64,000 bases of DNA from Azolla caroliniana (taxonomy: Eukaryota; Plantae; Polypodiophyta): NCBI GenBank assembly GCA_043228905.1, contig JBHGNT010000017.1, forward strand, positions 10,540,001-10,604,000, written 5' to 3'. Of this stretch, positions 45,932 to 57,926 are shown one piece after another. The notes under the pieces are model-generated. The model did no database searches. It was not told the DNA's origin and saw only the letters and a program-made list of their open reading frames with translations. Position 1 is the stretch's first letter. Every line of letters starts with the position of its first letter. The position numbers were made by a program, and so were the translations under genes.

Positions 45932-47754
45932 TTAGACGAACAACTTCCATCTGGGTTTCGGTTGGGTCTGGCCTGGTTGATTAGTTCCCGTCTGGGTTGT
46001 CTTCTGTTCGGGTCGGAATACCAACCGCGTCATCTTCCATCCAAGTTGTCTTCCGGTTCTTCCTTTCTTGCCACTCTCTGGCTCTTCATCGAACCCTATT
46101 GTAGCTTTGTTCTTGGCCTCCTTGTTGGCCATCGTTCCTCTGTATGCGCTGGCTTCGACCCTCATCTCCTCACCACCACCTTCCATCTCTCCGGTCTTAT
46201 GTTGGCTCTCGGACACAACTGCCGAAGTCTCGAGAACCGGTGTGGAGGGATCCCTTCGTCTGTGGTCATTCACCTCGTCGTCCTCATCGTCATTTTGTTC
46301 CTTCAATTTCCTGTCGCCACCTTCCGTCTCTCCGGTTTCACGTTGGCAATCGGGCACAATTGCCGAAGTCTTAGAAACAATTGTGGGGAGAACCTTGGCA
46401 CCATTGGTCACCGTCTTCTCATCCATAGCCATCTTTCGCTCAATGTTGTTATTCGCATTGTCTTCAATATTTTCTTCCCCACCACTTTCCGTCTCTTGGG
46501 TCTCATGTTGGCTCTCGGACGCAACTGCCCAAGTCTCTACATCAATTGTTCGGAAAGTCTCAACGCAGTCATCCACCGTGGACTCTTCCATATCCATCTG
46601 CAACTCGATGTCGTTCCTCGTGGCTACTGCCTCAATCACGTCAACCTCGCACTATTTACATTCCTCGATCACGCAAGCTTTGCTCATGCTTGCACCTTCA
46701 TTACTTGATGTTTCACACATGATGCGTGTTCTGAAACATTTGTCCTCGCTTGAAGTGGCGTTCACCATCCACAATTCATTGGTTTCATTCTTCGTTGTTG
46801 TTTCTTTGCAAGACGAAAAGGTGTCTTGTTCCACACCTTCTCTCGTGGTACCATCGTGGTACCGAAGTTGGGCATTCATCTTGGCCACTTCATTAACCCG
46901 CATTCTTCGGGAGGTCTCTTCTTCCTCGATCACCATCTGCTTCAGTTTTTGCTCCTTTTGAAGCTTCTCTTTAGCCTCAACTTGCGCCTTTCAGCTCTCG
47001 AATGCCTCTCTCATAAAGACTTCTATGTTGAGTATCGAATCTTCCCTCTTTGAGCTTTCTTCCTTCGGTGGTGGTGTATTGCCACATCCTATTCTCCTTT
47101 GAACATCCCTCATGGGTTGTGTTGTCGACGAGAATCTCATCTTCCTCTCATCGTGTTGTCGGCATACCCTTTCCACTCTTCTCCAATCCTCGTTGAGGCC
47201 ATTTGCACCATAATCTTCTTCGAGTTTGAGTCCAATGGCCATCCTTTCCCTTTGATTGATCGACTTCACGAACAACAAGACCTTATCCATCCCCACCAAT
47301 CTTTGTTCATGCTCCAACAGTTGAGAAAAATGACGCTCGAAGTGTAGATTGTTTGTGCCGCACCTTGTTGGGTCTTCACCGATGCCACCCATTGGTTGAA
47401 CTCATGCTGACCTCATCCCTTTGGTCTCTCATAGCCATATGCCTTCAATAGAGCCTCCGTCAAAGTCACCCACGAATCATGAGCTTCTCGAAGCTCTTTT
47501 ACCTCTTTGTAGATCGGTTCAACCACCACTCGACAAAAGTACTCTAGCCTCGTAGCTTCATTCACACCTCTCGTATCCATCTCGGCATTGTAGGTGTCTA
47601 GAAAATTTTGGACTATGCCCCTTTCGAAATAGCCGACTTGCTCGACCATGCTTTCAACGACTTGTTGGGTTGCATCTCGTCTTTTCCCTTCTCTCGAATA
47701 TTCCATTATCATCTTTGACATTGCCTCCATGAGATATTCCTCATCCATCTTCAT
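45932..47754 (-). pseudogene. Gag-like ORF of F with an acidic, internally repeated C-terminus, disrupted
   Basis: Consecutive minus-strand ORFs start just after the PBS (FLDTYNAEM...WVTLTEALLKAY...KVLLFVKSI). Three SESQHETxExEGG-type repeats. Confidence 0.6.
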
Positions 47755-47904
47755 CCTCCCCTGCCGCTCTTCACATCGGGTTCACCAAATGATGACATGA
47801 AGATGCTCACGTGCGTGTGCTACTTGAGTGGGACCACTAGAGCCACAGACCAGGGAGGACATTCACAAATTTGTCGAAAAGACGACGATGTGGATGTTAC
47901 AGTC

Positions 47905-50900
47905 TGTTGCAAAACAACGCTCGGTCACAAACCGAGGAATAGGATCAACTCACAGAAAAACGGGAAATACAAAGTGCACGAGGACAATAGAGAGAGGAGT
48001 ACACAGGATGTTTTACGTGGAAAACCCTAAATGGGAAAAACCACGGGAGTCCTTGAACTCCAACTATCACTATAAACAGAGGTGTACAATGGTGAAGCTA
48101 CAAGGCAACGACCTTGAGCTCACTGTCTTCGCCACAGGCGGCGGTGATACACAGAGATGTCGACCTCTTCGTTTCTCTCCCTCTCTCTCTCGGCTGCTCT
48201 CACTTTGCTCTCTCAGCAGAAAACATAAAAATGAGCAACAACATTTAAACTGTTTGCCCTAAGTCATATTTATACACATATGACTTTCGGGCTATTTACA
48301 AATATAGCCTCAAGGGCTCTTGGCAAACATATTCACAAATATGTCCCCGCATCCGGATCTCTCTCCGGGTACATTCGTCATCCGGCTCCGTAACCGGGGT
48401 CTTCAGCATCCGGCTCCGTAGTCGGGGTCTTCATCATCCGGCTCCGTAGCCGGAGTCTTCAGCATCCGGCTCCGTAGTCGGGGTCTTCAGCATCCGGCTC
48501 CGTAACCGGGGTCTTCATCATCCGGCTCCGTAGCCGGGGTATTCATCATCCGATTCCCGGACATCCGACCATCCCATCCGGAGGGACCGTAATCCCAACA
48601 AACTCCCCCTTCACTTCGGCATGGGATGTCTCTCCAATCCGATCCTTTTCCGGCATGCTTCCAGCTTGTCGGGTGTGAGTACCTTGGTCAGCATATCCGA
48701 CCCGTTCTCGTCCGTGTGGATCTTCGTCAGCATGAACTCCTTGTCTTCTATCCTTTCCCGGATCCAGTGGTATCTACGCTGGATGTGCTTCGTCCGGGAG
48801 TGATAGGCCGCATTCTTCGCAAGGTGGATGGCACTCTGACTGTCGCAGTAGAGTCGGTACTCCTCCTGCCGGATACCGAGCTCTCTAATGAAGTCCTTCA
48901 TCCATATTATTTCCTTGCCGGCTTCAACAGCCGCCATGTACTCCGCCTCCGTGGTTGACAACGCAACCGTCTTCTGCAGCCTCGACTGCCACGAAACAGC
49001 TCCCCCTGCATACGTCATCACATACCCTGATGTGGACCGGCTGGTATCTGCATCAGCCGACATATCCGAATCGGTAAAGCCGTCGAGTTCGGGCTTACCG
49101 GAGCCGAATCGGAGGCACACGTTTGCCGTGCCCTTCAGGTATCGGAGTATCCACTTGACCGCGTTCCAGTGCTCTTTGCCGGGATTGCTCATGTACCGGC
49201 TCACCACTCCGACTGCGTATCCTATGTCCGGTCTTGTACACACCATTGCGTACATCAAGCTTCCGACGGCAGAGGCATATGGTACTTTCATCATGTCCTC
49301 CTTCTCAGCCTTTGTCTTGGGGCTTTGCTTGCTGGACAACTTGCAGTTTCCCGGGAGGGTTGACCCGACCGGTCTTGCTTCCGACATGTTGAACCGGTGA
49401 AGCACCTTTGTCACGTACTTGTCCTGTGACAGCCACAACTGCTTCTTCTTCCGGTTCCGGATGATGTGCATCCCTAGTATTTGCCTCGCCGGACCCAGGT
49501 CCTTCATTGAGAAAGTTCGGTGAAGCGCTTTCTTCAGCATCCGTATCTTGGCCTGGTCCCGTCCGACGATCAACATGTCGTCCACGTACAGGAGGAGTAT
49601 TAGAAAGTCTCCTCCTTCGAACTTCTTCACAAACACGCAGTGATCGGACTGCGTTTTGTGGTAGCCTTCGTCGGTCATGAAAGAGTCGAACTTCCGGTAC
49701 CATTGCCGGGGAGCCTGCTTCAGTCCGTAAAGGCTCTTCTTCAACAGGCATACCAGGTGCTCCTTCCCTTTCTTCTCGAATCCTTCCGGTTGCTGCATGT
49801 AGATCTCTTCTTCGAGGTCACCGTGAAGGAATGCCGTCTTCACGTCCATCTGTTCTACCTCGAGGTCCACGCTTGCCGCTATGCTCAGCACCGTCCGGAT
49901 GGAGGTCATCTTCACTACCGGGGCAAATATCTCGTCGAAGTCGACGCCCTTCTTCTGCTGGAACCCCTTCACTACGATCCTGGCTTTGTATCTCGGGGGG
50001 TTTCCGACATCTCCCGGTTTCAGCTTGAACACCCACTTGTTTCGAAGTGCCCGCTTTCCTTTCGGCAACTCCACAAGTTCATATGTGTGGTTCTCATGCA
50101 GGGAATCCATCTCCTCCTGCATGGCACTTAACCACCTGCGGCTATGGGTGTCAAGTTTTGCTTCTTCAAAGGTCTCCGGCTCCCCCTCGTCGGTTAGCAG
50201 CACGTGCTCTGGTTCCGGAAATCTCCGGGGGGCCCTTCTCTCTCTTAGAGGATATCTCCGTTCCGGAGCTTCGGTAACCGGCTCCTCCGTTTCCTCTTCA
50301 TCCGAATCCATTTCGGGATCGGGGCCGGTTCTGGTATCAGTTTCATCTTCCTCGGCCGGTTCTGTTTCTTCACCGTCTTCGGCCGGATCCTCGAGTGCTA
50401 ACCGGTCCCTTGCCGGTCGGGACTGCTCTTCGTAGAGTTGATCCTCACCGGTCGACTTGGAGCTCTTCATCTTCTTCTCCGACTCCCAGTCGGCGAGTGT
50501 CTTGTCCTCCATGAAGATGATATCTCGACTCCTGAATATCTTCTTGTCGACCGGGTCCCATACTCGGTAGCCGAACTCGTCGTCGCCGTAACCGAGGAAT
50601 ATGCATGGCCGGGTCTTTGGATCTAACTTTCCTCTCCGGTCCTTTGCCACATGCACGTATGCGAGACACTCGAACACCTTCAGATGCCGGTAGGACACTT
50701 CCTTACCGGTCCACACTTTCTGCAGCGTGTCTCCGTCCAAAGGTACTGAGGGTGATCTATTTATCACATACGTCGCCGTCGACATTGCCTCAGCCCAAAA
50801 TCCCTTGGGTAATTTCGCATGTGCTAGCATACTCCGGACCCTCTCCATTATGGTCCGGTTCATTCTCTCGGCCAGCCCGTTCAGTTCCGGCGTCTTCGGC

Positions 50901-53355
50901 ACAGTAAACTCGAGCCGGATTCCCTTCGAGCGACAGTACTCTGCGAACTGCCCCTGGTATTCCCCTCCGTTATCCGCTCGTATCGCTTTCAGCTTCTTGC
51001 CGGATTCTCTTTCCACTCTCGCGTGGAGTTCTTTGAAGACGGACAATACTTGGTCCTTTGTCTTCAACGGTGCCGTCCACAGCTTCCGGCTATGGTCATC
51101 TATGAATGTTACGAAGTACTGAGCTCCGCCATGTGACTTCGCTTCTACTTGACACACATCAGTGTGTACCAACTCCAATGGTGCGCTACGTCTCGTCGGT
51201 GGCCTTGAGTGGAAGGAGGTCCGGTTTTGCTTACCGGCCAGACAGTCGGTACACTTCCCCAGGTGTACGTGCTTTACCGGTATCAGGTTGTCATCGGCAA
51301 GCCTCTTCATCCCCTTCTCACTCATGTGGCACAGTCTCTTGTGCCACAGCTCACCGGCAGTGTCGGCTGCCACGTTCAGCTCCTCCAGACATAGCCGGGA
51401 ATTCATCAGGTACAGTGTATTGACCTTCCGGGCCCGAGCCACTATCAGGCTCCCTTTGCTGAACTTCATGACACCGTTCCGGATGCTACCCGTGTAGCCT
51501 TCATCATCTAGCCTCCCGGCCGAGATCAGGTTCAATCGGACCTCCGGAACGTGTCGAACATCCTTCAGCAGCATCTTGCATCCGGTTGATGTCATCAGCC
51601 ACACGTCTCCTATGCCGGCAATCCGGCATGTGCCTTCATTTCCCATCCGGACACAGCCGTGCTCACCGGCTGTGTAGGATGAGAAGTATTTCTTCTCCGG
51701 GGTCAGGTGGAACGACGCTCCGGAATCGACCACCCAGGTCATCTCTACACCGGCAAGGTTCAGCTCCCTCTCTTCGGTAATGAGCATTATCTCTTCTTCA
51801 CTTGCCGCGAGTGCCGTCGTTCCTTTCCGGTCCTGCCCTCGCCGATCCGGACCTCTCCGGTCCGTGGCTCCCCAGTATGCACCGTTTCTCTCCGGTGACT
51901 TCTTCGAATCGGTGTCGTCGGCTCCGTTGTCCTTTCGGTAATGCCGACAATTCTTCCGGAAGTGCCCCGGCTTCCCACAGTGGAAGCATGTGGGCCTTCC
52001 TCTTGACTGCGACCGGGTCCCCGACTTCTCCCGTCTTTGTGGACTCCGGTTCCATTGTCTTCCCCGATCCGATTCGGTAAGCAGCATCTTCGGATCGGAA
52101 ACCGGTTCTTTATCTCTTCGACGCGCTTCTTCGTTCAAAATGCTTGTCTTTACCGTTTGTAGAGACAAGTTATCTTCGGTGCAGGAGGTGCTGAGAGTCA
52201 CCACCAAGTTCTCCCAGCTTTCCGGCAATGTACACATCAGAATGATGGCTTGCATTGCATCCTCCAACGGGAACTTGATCGCCGCAAGCTGGTTCACGAA
52301 TCCCATGAACGTGCTCACGTGTTCCACCATATTCTCGCCGTCCCGGTACTTGAGGTTCACTATCTTCCTCATCAGGGAGGTCCGGTTCAACGCATTCTTC
52401 CTCTCGTAGAGGCCCGACAGCTTCTTCCACATCTCATATGCGTTGGTGTCGTTCGCCACATGTTGTAGAACACTTACATCGACATATTGCCGGATCGTCG
52501 CTACGGCTTTCCGGTTCAGGAGCTTCCACTCCGACTCTATTACCCCCTTGGGTATCTCGGCATTGTCGATCGGTTCATACAGGTCTCGGACGATGAGAAG
52601 GTCTTCCATCTTTATCTTCCAGTCGGCGTAGTTATGTGAGTTCAACACCATCATGCCCGGAGGCCCACTACCGCCGCCTTCCATTTTCTGTGTTACCGTC
52701 GCTCTGATACCAATTTGTTGCAAAACAACGCTCGGTCACAAACCGAGGAATAGGATCAACTCACAGAAAAACGGGAAATACAAAGTGCACGAGGACAATA
52801 GAGAGAGGAGTACACAGGATGTTTTACGTGGAAAACCCTAAATGGGAAAAACCACGGGAGTCCTTGAACTCCAACTATCACTATAAACAGAGGTGTACAA
52901 TGGTGAAGCTACAAGGCAACGACCTTGAGCTCACTGTCTTCGCCACAGGCGGCGGTGATACACAGAGATGTTGACCTCTTCGTTTCTCTCCCTCTCTCTC
53001 TCGGCTGCTCTCACTTTGCTCTCTCAGCAGAAAACATAAAAATGAGCAACAACATTTAAACTGTTTGCCCTAAGTCATATTTATACACATATGACTTTCG
53101 GGCTATTTACAAATATAGCCTCAAGGGCTCTTGGCAAACATATTCACAAATATGTCCCCGCATCCGGATCTCTCTCCGGGTACATTCGTCATCCGGCTCT
53201 GTAACCGGGGTCTTCAGCATCCGGCTCCGTAGTCGGGGTCTTCAGCATCCGGCTCCGTAACCGGGGTCTTCATCATCCGGCTCCGTAGCCGGGGTATTCA
53301 TCATCCGATTCCCGGACATCCGACCATCCCATCCGGAGGGACCGTAATCCCAACA
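47905..53355 (-). mobile_element. Intact Ty1/Copia Tnt1-like element D
   Basis: LTRs 47905-48600 and 52716-53355; TSD CAGTC; iMet PBS 52701-52712; PPT 48601-48612. Confidence 0.98.
48611..52684 (-). CDS. gag-pol: Copia Gag-Pol polyprotein (Gag-PR-INT-RT-RNase H), uninterrupted, ~1357 aa
   Basis: CFHCGKPGHFRKNC, VDSGAS, HHCC and DDE integrase, YVDD, FTDSD/EAEY/CDSQSA. Confidence 0.97.
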   Translation of the reverse strand: MEGGGSGPPGMMVLNSHNYADWKIKMEDLLIVRDLYEPIDNAEIPKGVIESEWKLLNRKAVATIRQYVDVSVLQHVANDTNAYEMWKKLSGLYERKNALNRTSLMRKIVNLKYRDGENMVEHVSTFMGFVNQLAAIKFPLEDAMQAIILMCTLPESWENLVVTLSTSCTEDNLSLQTVKTSILNEEARRRDKEPVSDPKMLLTESDRGRQWNRSPQRREKSGTRSQSRGRPTCFHCGKPGHFRKNCRHYRKDNGADDTDSKKSPERNGAYWGATDRRGPDRRGQDRKGTTALAASEEEIMLITEERELNLAGVEMTWVVDSGASFHLTPEKKYFSSYTAGEHGCVRMGNEGTCRIAGIGDVWLMTSTGCKMLLKDVRHVPEVRLNLISAGRLDDEGYTGSIRNGVMKFSKGSLIVARARKVNTLYLMNSRLCLEELNVAADTAGELWHKRLCHMSEKGMKRLADDNLIPVKHVHLGKCTDCLAGKQNRTSFHSRPPTRRSAPLELVHTDVCQVEAKSHGGAQYFVTFIDDHSRKLWTAPLKTKDQVLSVFKELHARVERESGKKLKAIRADNGGEYQGQFAEYCRSKGIRLEFTVPKTPELNGLAERMNRTIMERVRSMLAHAKLPKGFWAEAMSTATYVINRSPSVPLDGDTLQKVWTGKEVSYRHLKVFECLAYVHVAKDRRGKLDPKTRPCIFLGYGDDEFGYRVWDPVDKKIFRSRDIIFMEDKTLADWESEKKMKSSKSTGEDQLYEEQSRPARDRLALEDPAEDGEETEPAEEDETDTRTGPDPEMDSDEEETEEPVTEAPERRYPLRERRAPRRFPEPEHVLLTDEGEPETFEEAKLDTHSRRWLSAMQEEMDSLHENHTYELVELPKGKRALRNKWVFKLKPGDVGNPPRYKARIVVKGFQQKKGVDFDEIFAPVVKMTSIRTVLSIAASVDLEVEQMDVKTAFLHGDLEEEIYMQQPEGFEKKGKEHLVCLLKKSLYGLKQAPRQWYRKFDSFMTDEGYHKTQSDHCVFVKKFEGGDFLILLLYVDDMLIVGRDQAKIRMLKKALHRTFSMKDLGPARQILGMHIIRNRKKKQLWLSQDKYVTKVLHRFNMSEARPVGSTLPGNCKLSSKQSPKTKAEKEDMMKVPYASAVGSLMYAMVCTRPDIGYAVGVVSRYMSNPGKEHWNAVKWILRYLKGTANVCLRFGSGKPELDGFTDSDMSADADTSRSTSGYVMTYAGGAVSWQSRLQKTVALSTTEAEYMAAVEAGKEIIWMKDFIRELGIRQEEYRLYCDSQSAIHLAKNAAYHSRTKHIQRRYHWIRERIEDKEFMLTKIHTDENGSDMLTKVLTPDKLEACRKRIGLERHPMPK

Positions 53356-53731
53356 CAGTCGAGGAAACCAATGTCACATTTAAAAAAAACAAAGATTTTT
53401 AGACTCAAGAAGAAGATAGATTTCAAGAAGAATATTAAGAAGAAGATTATATTGATGGTGATGATAATGATATCACATATTGAGCCCCCCCTTTACACAA
53501 GCCTTACGAGGGTTTTTATAGGTCTATCCATGCTTCTAACATGCACAAAACCATGGGCTTGGATCCATGGTTTTTGGGCACACGGTTTTTCTTGTGCATG
53601 CACAAAACCATGGGCTTGGAATGCCACTAGGCCCTAGGTTAATTTTCATATTTATAATCGTTTGTGTAATGTGCGTGGAACTTCACTATTTCACAATTTC
53701 TCCCATTGGGCACACAACATCACGACAACAC

Positions 53732-54176
53732 TCAACAAACACACAAGGTTTACGCAGATTGTCGTCAGCTTCCATCCTATTTTAACATTGGCGATCGAGT
53801 ATGGCTATTACGACGACACATCAAGACTATTCGCCCATGCGAGAAGTTGGATTATAGGCGATTAGGTCCTTTTCGTATTATCAGAAAAATTAATGATGTC
53901 GTTTTTCGTCTCGATCTACCTCCACAACTTCGGATACATCCGGTGTTTCATAGTTCGCTCCTCGAACCCTATCAAGACAGCACCATCCCAGGTTGTATTA
54001 AACAACCTCCATCCCCGATCGAACTTGACAATGAGCCTGAGTACGAGGTTGCTGCCATCCTCGATTCCAAGATTTTTTGCAACAAGCTCTACTATTTAAT
54101 CGATTGGCTAGGATATAGTCCCAGCGACCGTACCTGGGAACCGATAGAGAATGTGACCAATGCTCGTGCTCTTTAG
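53732..54176 (+). pseudogene. Chromovirus integrase C-terminus with chromodomain
   Basis: KLDYRRLGPF, IHPVFHSSLL, EYEVAAILD..YLIDWLGY..TWEP. Confidence 0.92.
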
Positions 54177-54527
54177 GTCCTCACTCCAAAATGACTTGTG
54201 ACACTCGTTGTTTTAAAGGGGGGATAGTGTCATGATATGGCAATATTCGAACCCATGACCTTATGTTACATGGGTCAAGCTCTTGACCATTATACCATCT
54301 ATTGTAATACAAAAAAAATTATGTGCCTTTAAATTTTATTCTAGAAAATTGATGTATATTCCAGATTTCTCTAGAACATTCTAGAAACTTCAGGAGTACT
54401 CCTAAGAACATATAAAAGGAGGCACAAGGCATTATTTCAAACCAAATCGGTTCAACATCAGTCTTAAGCCTCCTAGCCTTCCTTGTATATTCTTCTCACA
54501 TAATATATCGTTGTCATCATCATTTCC

Positions 54528-54581
<54 letters not shown>

Positions 54582-56681
54582 TCTCTCAAGTGTTCTACAC
54601 CCTCTATTCTTCTTAGTACTAATATTTCTCTCTTAGGACTAATTTCGTCTCTATCTGAGTACTAATCCTGACAATTACGCTTTAACTCTTCTCTTTTGCT
54701 TCAACCTCACTTTGATTCTCTCATGGAGAAAATTTTGGTAAATTTTTAAAGCATGGGATATCACGTTATGAAATATTAAGATCATTCATCATATGTATGG
54801 AGTAACTAATGCTCAATGAAGAAGAGATCTTCTTCTACAATTCTCACAAGTTCTCTCTAGGTGTAATGCGTTATTGATACGTTCACCATTAGATAAGGAA
54901 CTTTTGGCTATCCAAAGTCAATTGCATGTTATTATTTCTCAATTGCAATGCCAAAGTTATCGTTATGCGAAGATGCGTCAATTGAGGGATGGGCTCATAC
55001 ATAATCAATGTCAATCTCATTTGTTTTTCCAAGCGTTACATCCTACTTATACTCGATCTAATGTGGTACATGTGAAGCAAGGGGATGAATGGATAGTGGA
55101 TCCTACTACAATAATTGACATATGTGTTCATTACTTTAAGGAGTTGATTGGCCCACAATTGTTAATGACAAATGAGGTGAGTAGAGCACATCATGAGTTT
55201 TATGATGTGGTTGGATGTGTTGTGCATGATCTCATTAGTCATGAATTGGATGCGGATTTCACTGAGGATGAGGTGGACACAGTTTTAAGGCATCTTCCTA
55301 GTGGTAAGAGGCCTAGTTGGGATGGCTTGACAAATGAAGTTTTTAAGGGATATTCGAACATTTTAAAGGGGCCCTTAACTTTGATGTTTCAACATTCTTG
55401 GGATTCTAGTCGTATGCCTCAACCTTGGAAGGTTGGTCTAATTAAATTAGTTCCAAAGGTGGCATCTCCAGAGTCATTTCATCAATGGAAACCTATTTCT
55501 TTGATGGGGGGGTTGTATAAGATATTTACAAAGATCTTGGCAAATAGATTACAAAAGTATTTGCGAAAGTTGATACATCCCACCCAATATGGTTTTATTA
55601 CAGGTAGGAATATATTGCATAATGTGTTGAATGTTCAAATGGCCATGGATTATGCTCGAAACCCTCATCAAGAATTGATTATGGTGCAATTAGATTTGGA
55701 GAAATCTTATGATCATGTCAATTGGTCCTTTGTTTCTAGGTTAATGCATACAATGGGCTTTGGACCTCGTATGTCTCACCTCATATTTGTATTAGGACAA
55801 GATGTGGTGTCTCGAGTCATACTTAATGGGGGAGTTACATCAGATATTGCCCTTACAAGATCCGTTTGTCAAGGATGCCCTATTAGCCTGTTGTTGTTTG
55901 CTATTGTTACTCATCCATTGTTAGTGATGTTATCAAGGCTTGCAAGAAATGGTGATATTGTGGGTCTACACCTTCCGTCTAGAGGGCAACTAGTTGCACA
56001 AGCTTTGGTAGATGATTCTTTCATGTTTCTACAAGCCTCACGAGAGAATCTTGACAAGGGGATGCTTGTATGCAACCAATTTGCATTGGCTTTCGGATTA
56101 CATATTAATTGGAGGAAGACTAGTCTCATATCATGTACTGAAAGGGATTGGATCCGTGGTGAAGAAAGGCTCTATTTTTTTACACTTGGGCTATCCATTA
56201 GCAATGAATGTTACAAATGGTCAATTGATTGAATGGATGTCTAGTAAGTTGAGGGATAAGGAAATCACAATCTTGGCCATTTCATTTACGTTTGAAAGTT
56301 GTACAATGTATTATGGAACCTATGATATTATATTACTTGCCATTGCTGCCATGGACAAAGAAGGCTTTGCATTCTATTCTGCAACCTCTTCGATATTTGT
56401 TGTGGAAGAAGAGGGATAAGATGGGAATCACTTGGGTTGCATGGAATCATCTAGCAACTCCTAAGCGCTTGGGGAGAGCTGGAATATTGGACTTATCTAA
56501 GCATATGATGGCTCGTACATTTTTATTATTACAAGACATGTGTTCAAACTCACAACCATGGATATCTATTGTTCAATATTTCATTGAGAACAAGGGTTTA
56601 ACACATGGGAGGACAACAATTAAGGCTTCATGGTAGAAATTACTAAATGGATGTATTTCACTTAGGATTCCAGGCTCTACA

Positions 56682-57360
56682 TGTTACAGGCATGACCATA
56701 TAATATCTCGTGGTGAGAATTTACCATAGTATTCTATACACGTTGTCGTGAAGAATTTCGGCCAGAGGCGGAAACCGGGAAACATTGGCTACCTCGGCGG
56801 GGTGCAGCGTGTGAACGCACCCATGTACATTTAGTGTGAATATCGAGGGCGCCTTTATGGCGCCGAAGAGTAGTCAAGTCGGGGCAGACGATCCCTTGTA
56901 AGGTGGGATTTGTCCCACATTGTAACGCATCCCTTTCCTTGTTCTATAAAAGGAAGGGAACGCCCTTTGTAAAAGGGGTTGCCCATTTTGGATTAGAGGG
57001 TATACCGGTAGGTTTAGGGTTAGGGTTCTTCTGCTTCTTCGTCTTCCCCTTCGTGTTCGTTTAGGGTTGGCTGCAGCTTATCTCCTGTGCAAGACCTCGC
57101 TCAGCGCGACGAGCCCGAGAGCTCCCCGACGGCGGCTTGACAGCAGACGACTGTTGTAAACTATCTTGGTCCGGCTCGAAGCCGGGAGTGTATTCTCCTT
57201 ATATATATATACATATATGTTTGCGTCTGTCCGTGTATATTGGCGTCTTGTTGGTGTCGGGTGCTCCACTCCTTCCCTGCGTTTCCTGTACATAAGGGCG
57301 TGAGTCGGGTCGGGCTATGTGTGCGTGTGTGTGCGTGTGTGAGCGTGAGTCGGTGTTAAG

Positions 57361-57428
<68 letters not shown>

Positions 57429-57926
57429 CTCTCTCTCTCTCCCTTCGGTTGCTTCCGGTGTGTTTCTGAGATGCCCCAGAAGCAGTGAAGCACGACGTCT
57501 TACGCTCCATCCCTCTCTAGTCCAAGACCCCTGTGGTCCCGCCTTTCTCCACGCACGCGCGTAACAACGCGACAACGTGGATAAGTGTGAGGGTTAAACG
57601 AGAGTGTAAAGAAGGGGAAATTACTTTTAATCCTCAGGATTGAGACAACCCATTAGGTCAAGAGTGAACTTGCATGGGGGCCTTGGGTATCGCTATAAAT
57701 AAGAGGCCCAGCTACCCTCATTTCATGATCTTTTGACTACGTCGAGACTCTGTTTCTCAGTGGTTCAACTCTTGTAGCGAGTGTGCCAGCACCAGGTATG
57801 ACTCGACGCCACAGCGGTGGTATGGGACGCTGATCGAGGCTCAAGTCCATCTTGATCCCTTCGTTCAGGGGTGGTTGGGCGTATTGGCACCCTTCGTTCT
57901 CTCTTTCCTCTATATCTAAATCTATC
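56682..57926 (+). repeat. Probable LTR of an unclassified element inserted in the LINE, itself interrupted by a solo LTR and Copia G
   Basis: LINE coding sequence stops abruptly at TGTTACAGG; CTATAAATA near 57693. The other end is not in the window. Confidence 0.4.
56744..57574 (+). mobile_element. Solo LTR with 4-bp TSD
   Basis: TGTCGTG...CGCGACA inverted ends flanked by ACGT on both sides. TATA box near 56945, telo-like motifs and (CT)n. Confidence 0.75.

Larger units (their letters stand above)
44964..53727 (-). mobile_element. Non-autonomous gag-only LTR element F (tRNA-Trp PBS, 4-bp TSD; Phygy-like)
   Basis: LTRs 44964-45430 and 47793-53727 (split by D) both end CATCACGACA. PBS TGGTGAACCCGATGTGA at 47771-47787; PPT-like GGTGGGGGTGGA at 45431-45442; TSD ACGT/ACAC. 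Confidence 0.75.
40169..54673 (+). mobile_element. Tcn1-like chromovirus (Ty3/Gypsy), degenerate
   Basis: LTRs 40169-40668 and 54228-54673; perfect TSD ATTAC; PPT AAAGGGGGGATAG at 54215-54227. Gag, PR (LLDSGA), RT (YLDD), RNase H, INT and chromodomain are present. Confidence 0.95.
39492..56681 (+). mobile_element. LINE ORF2 (APE endonuclease 39492-40168; RT 54679-56681), degenerate, split by the chromovirus and cut by an LTR at 56682
   Basis: MKVVTWNVRG, SRLDRMY and TSDHFP; WKPISL, KILANRL, QYGFITGR, LDLEKSYD, QGCPIS and LVDD. Confidence 0.9.

Noticed and set aside
45890-46961. Plus-strand ORFs of 272 and 297 aa, and similar antisense ORFs over TE genes (e.g. 10208-10972, 16601-17365, 24743-25543)
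   Set aside because: They are shadow frames of E/K-rich coding sequence on the other strand and show no recognisable motifs.
48379-48550. CRISPR-like array of 28-bp repeats
   Set aside because: The units are head to tail without unique spacers, lie inside an LTR, and no cas genes are present.
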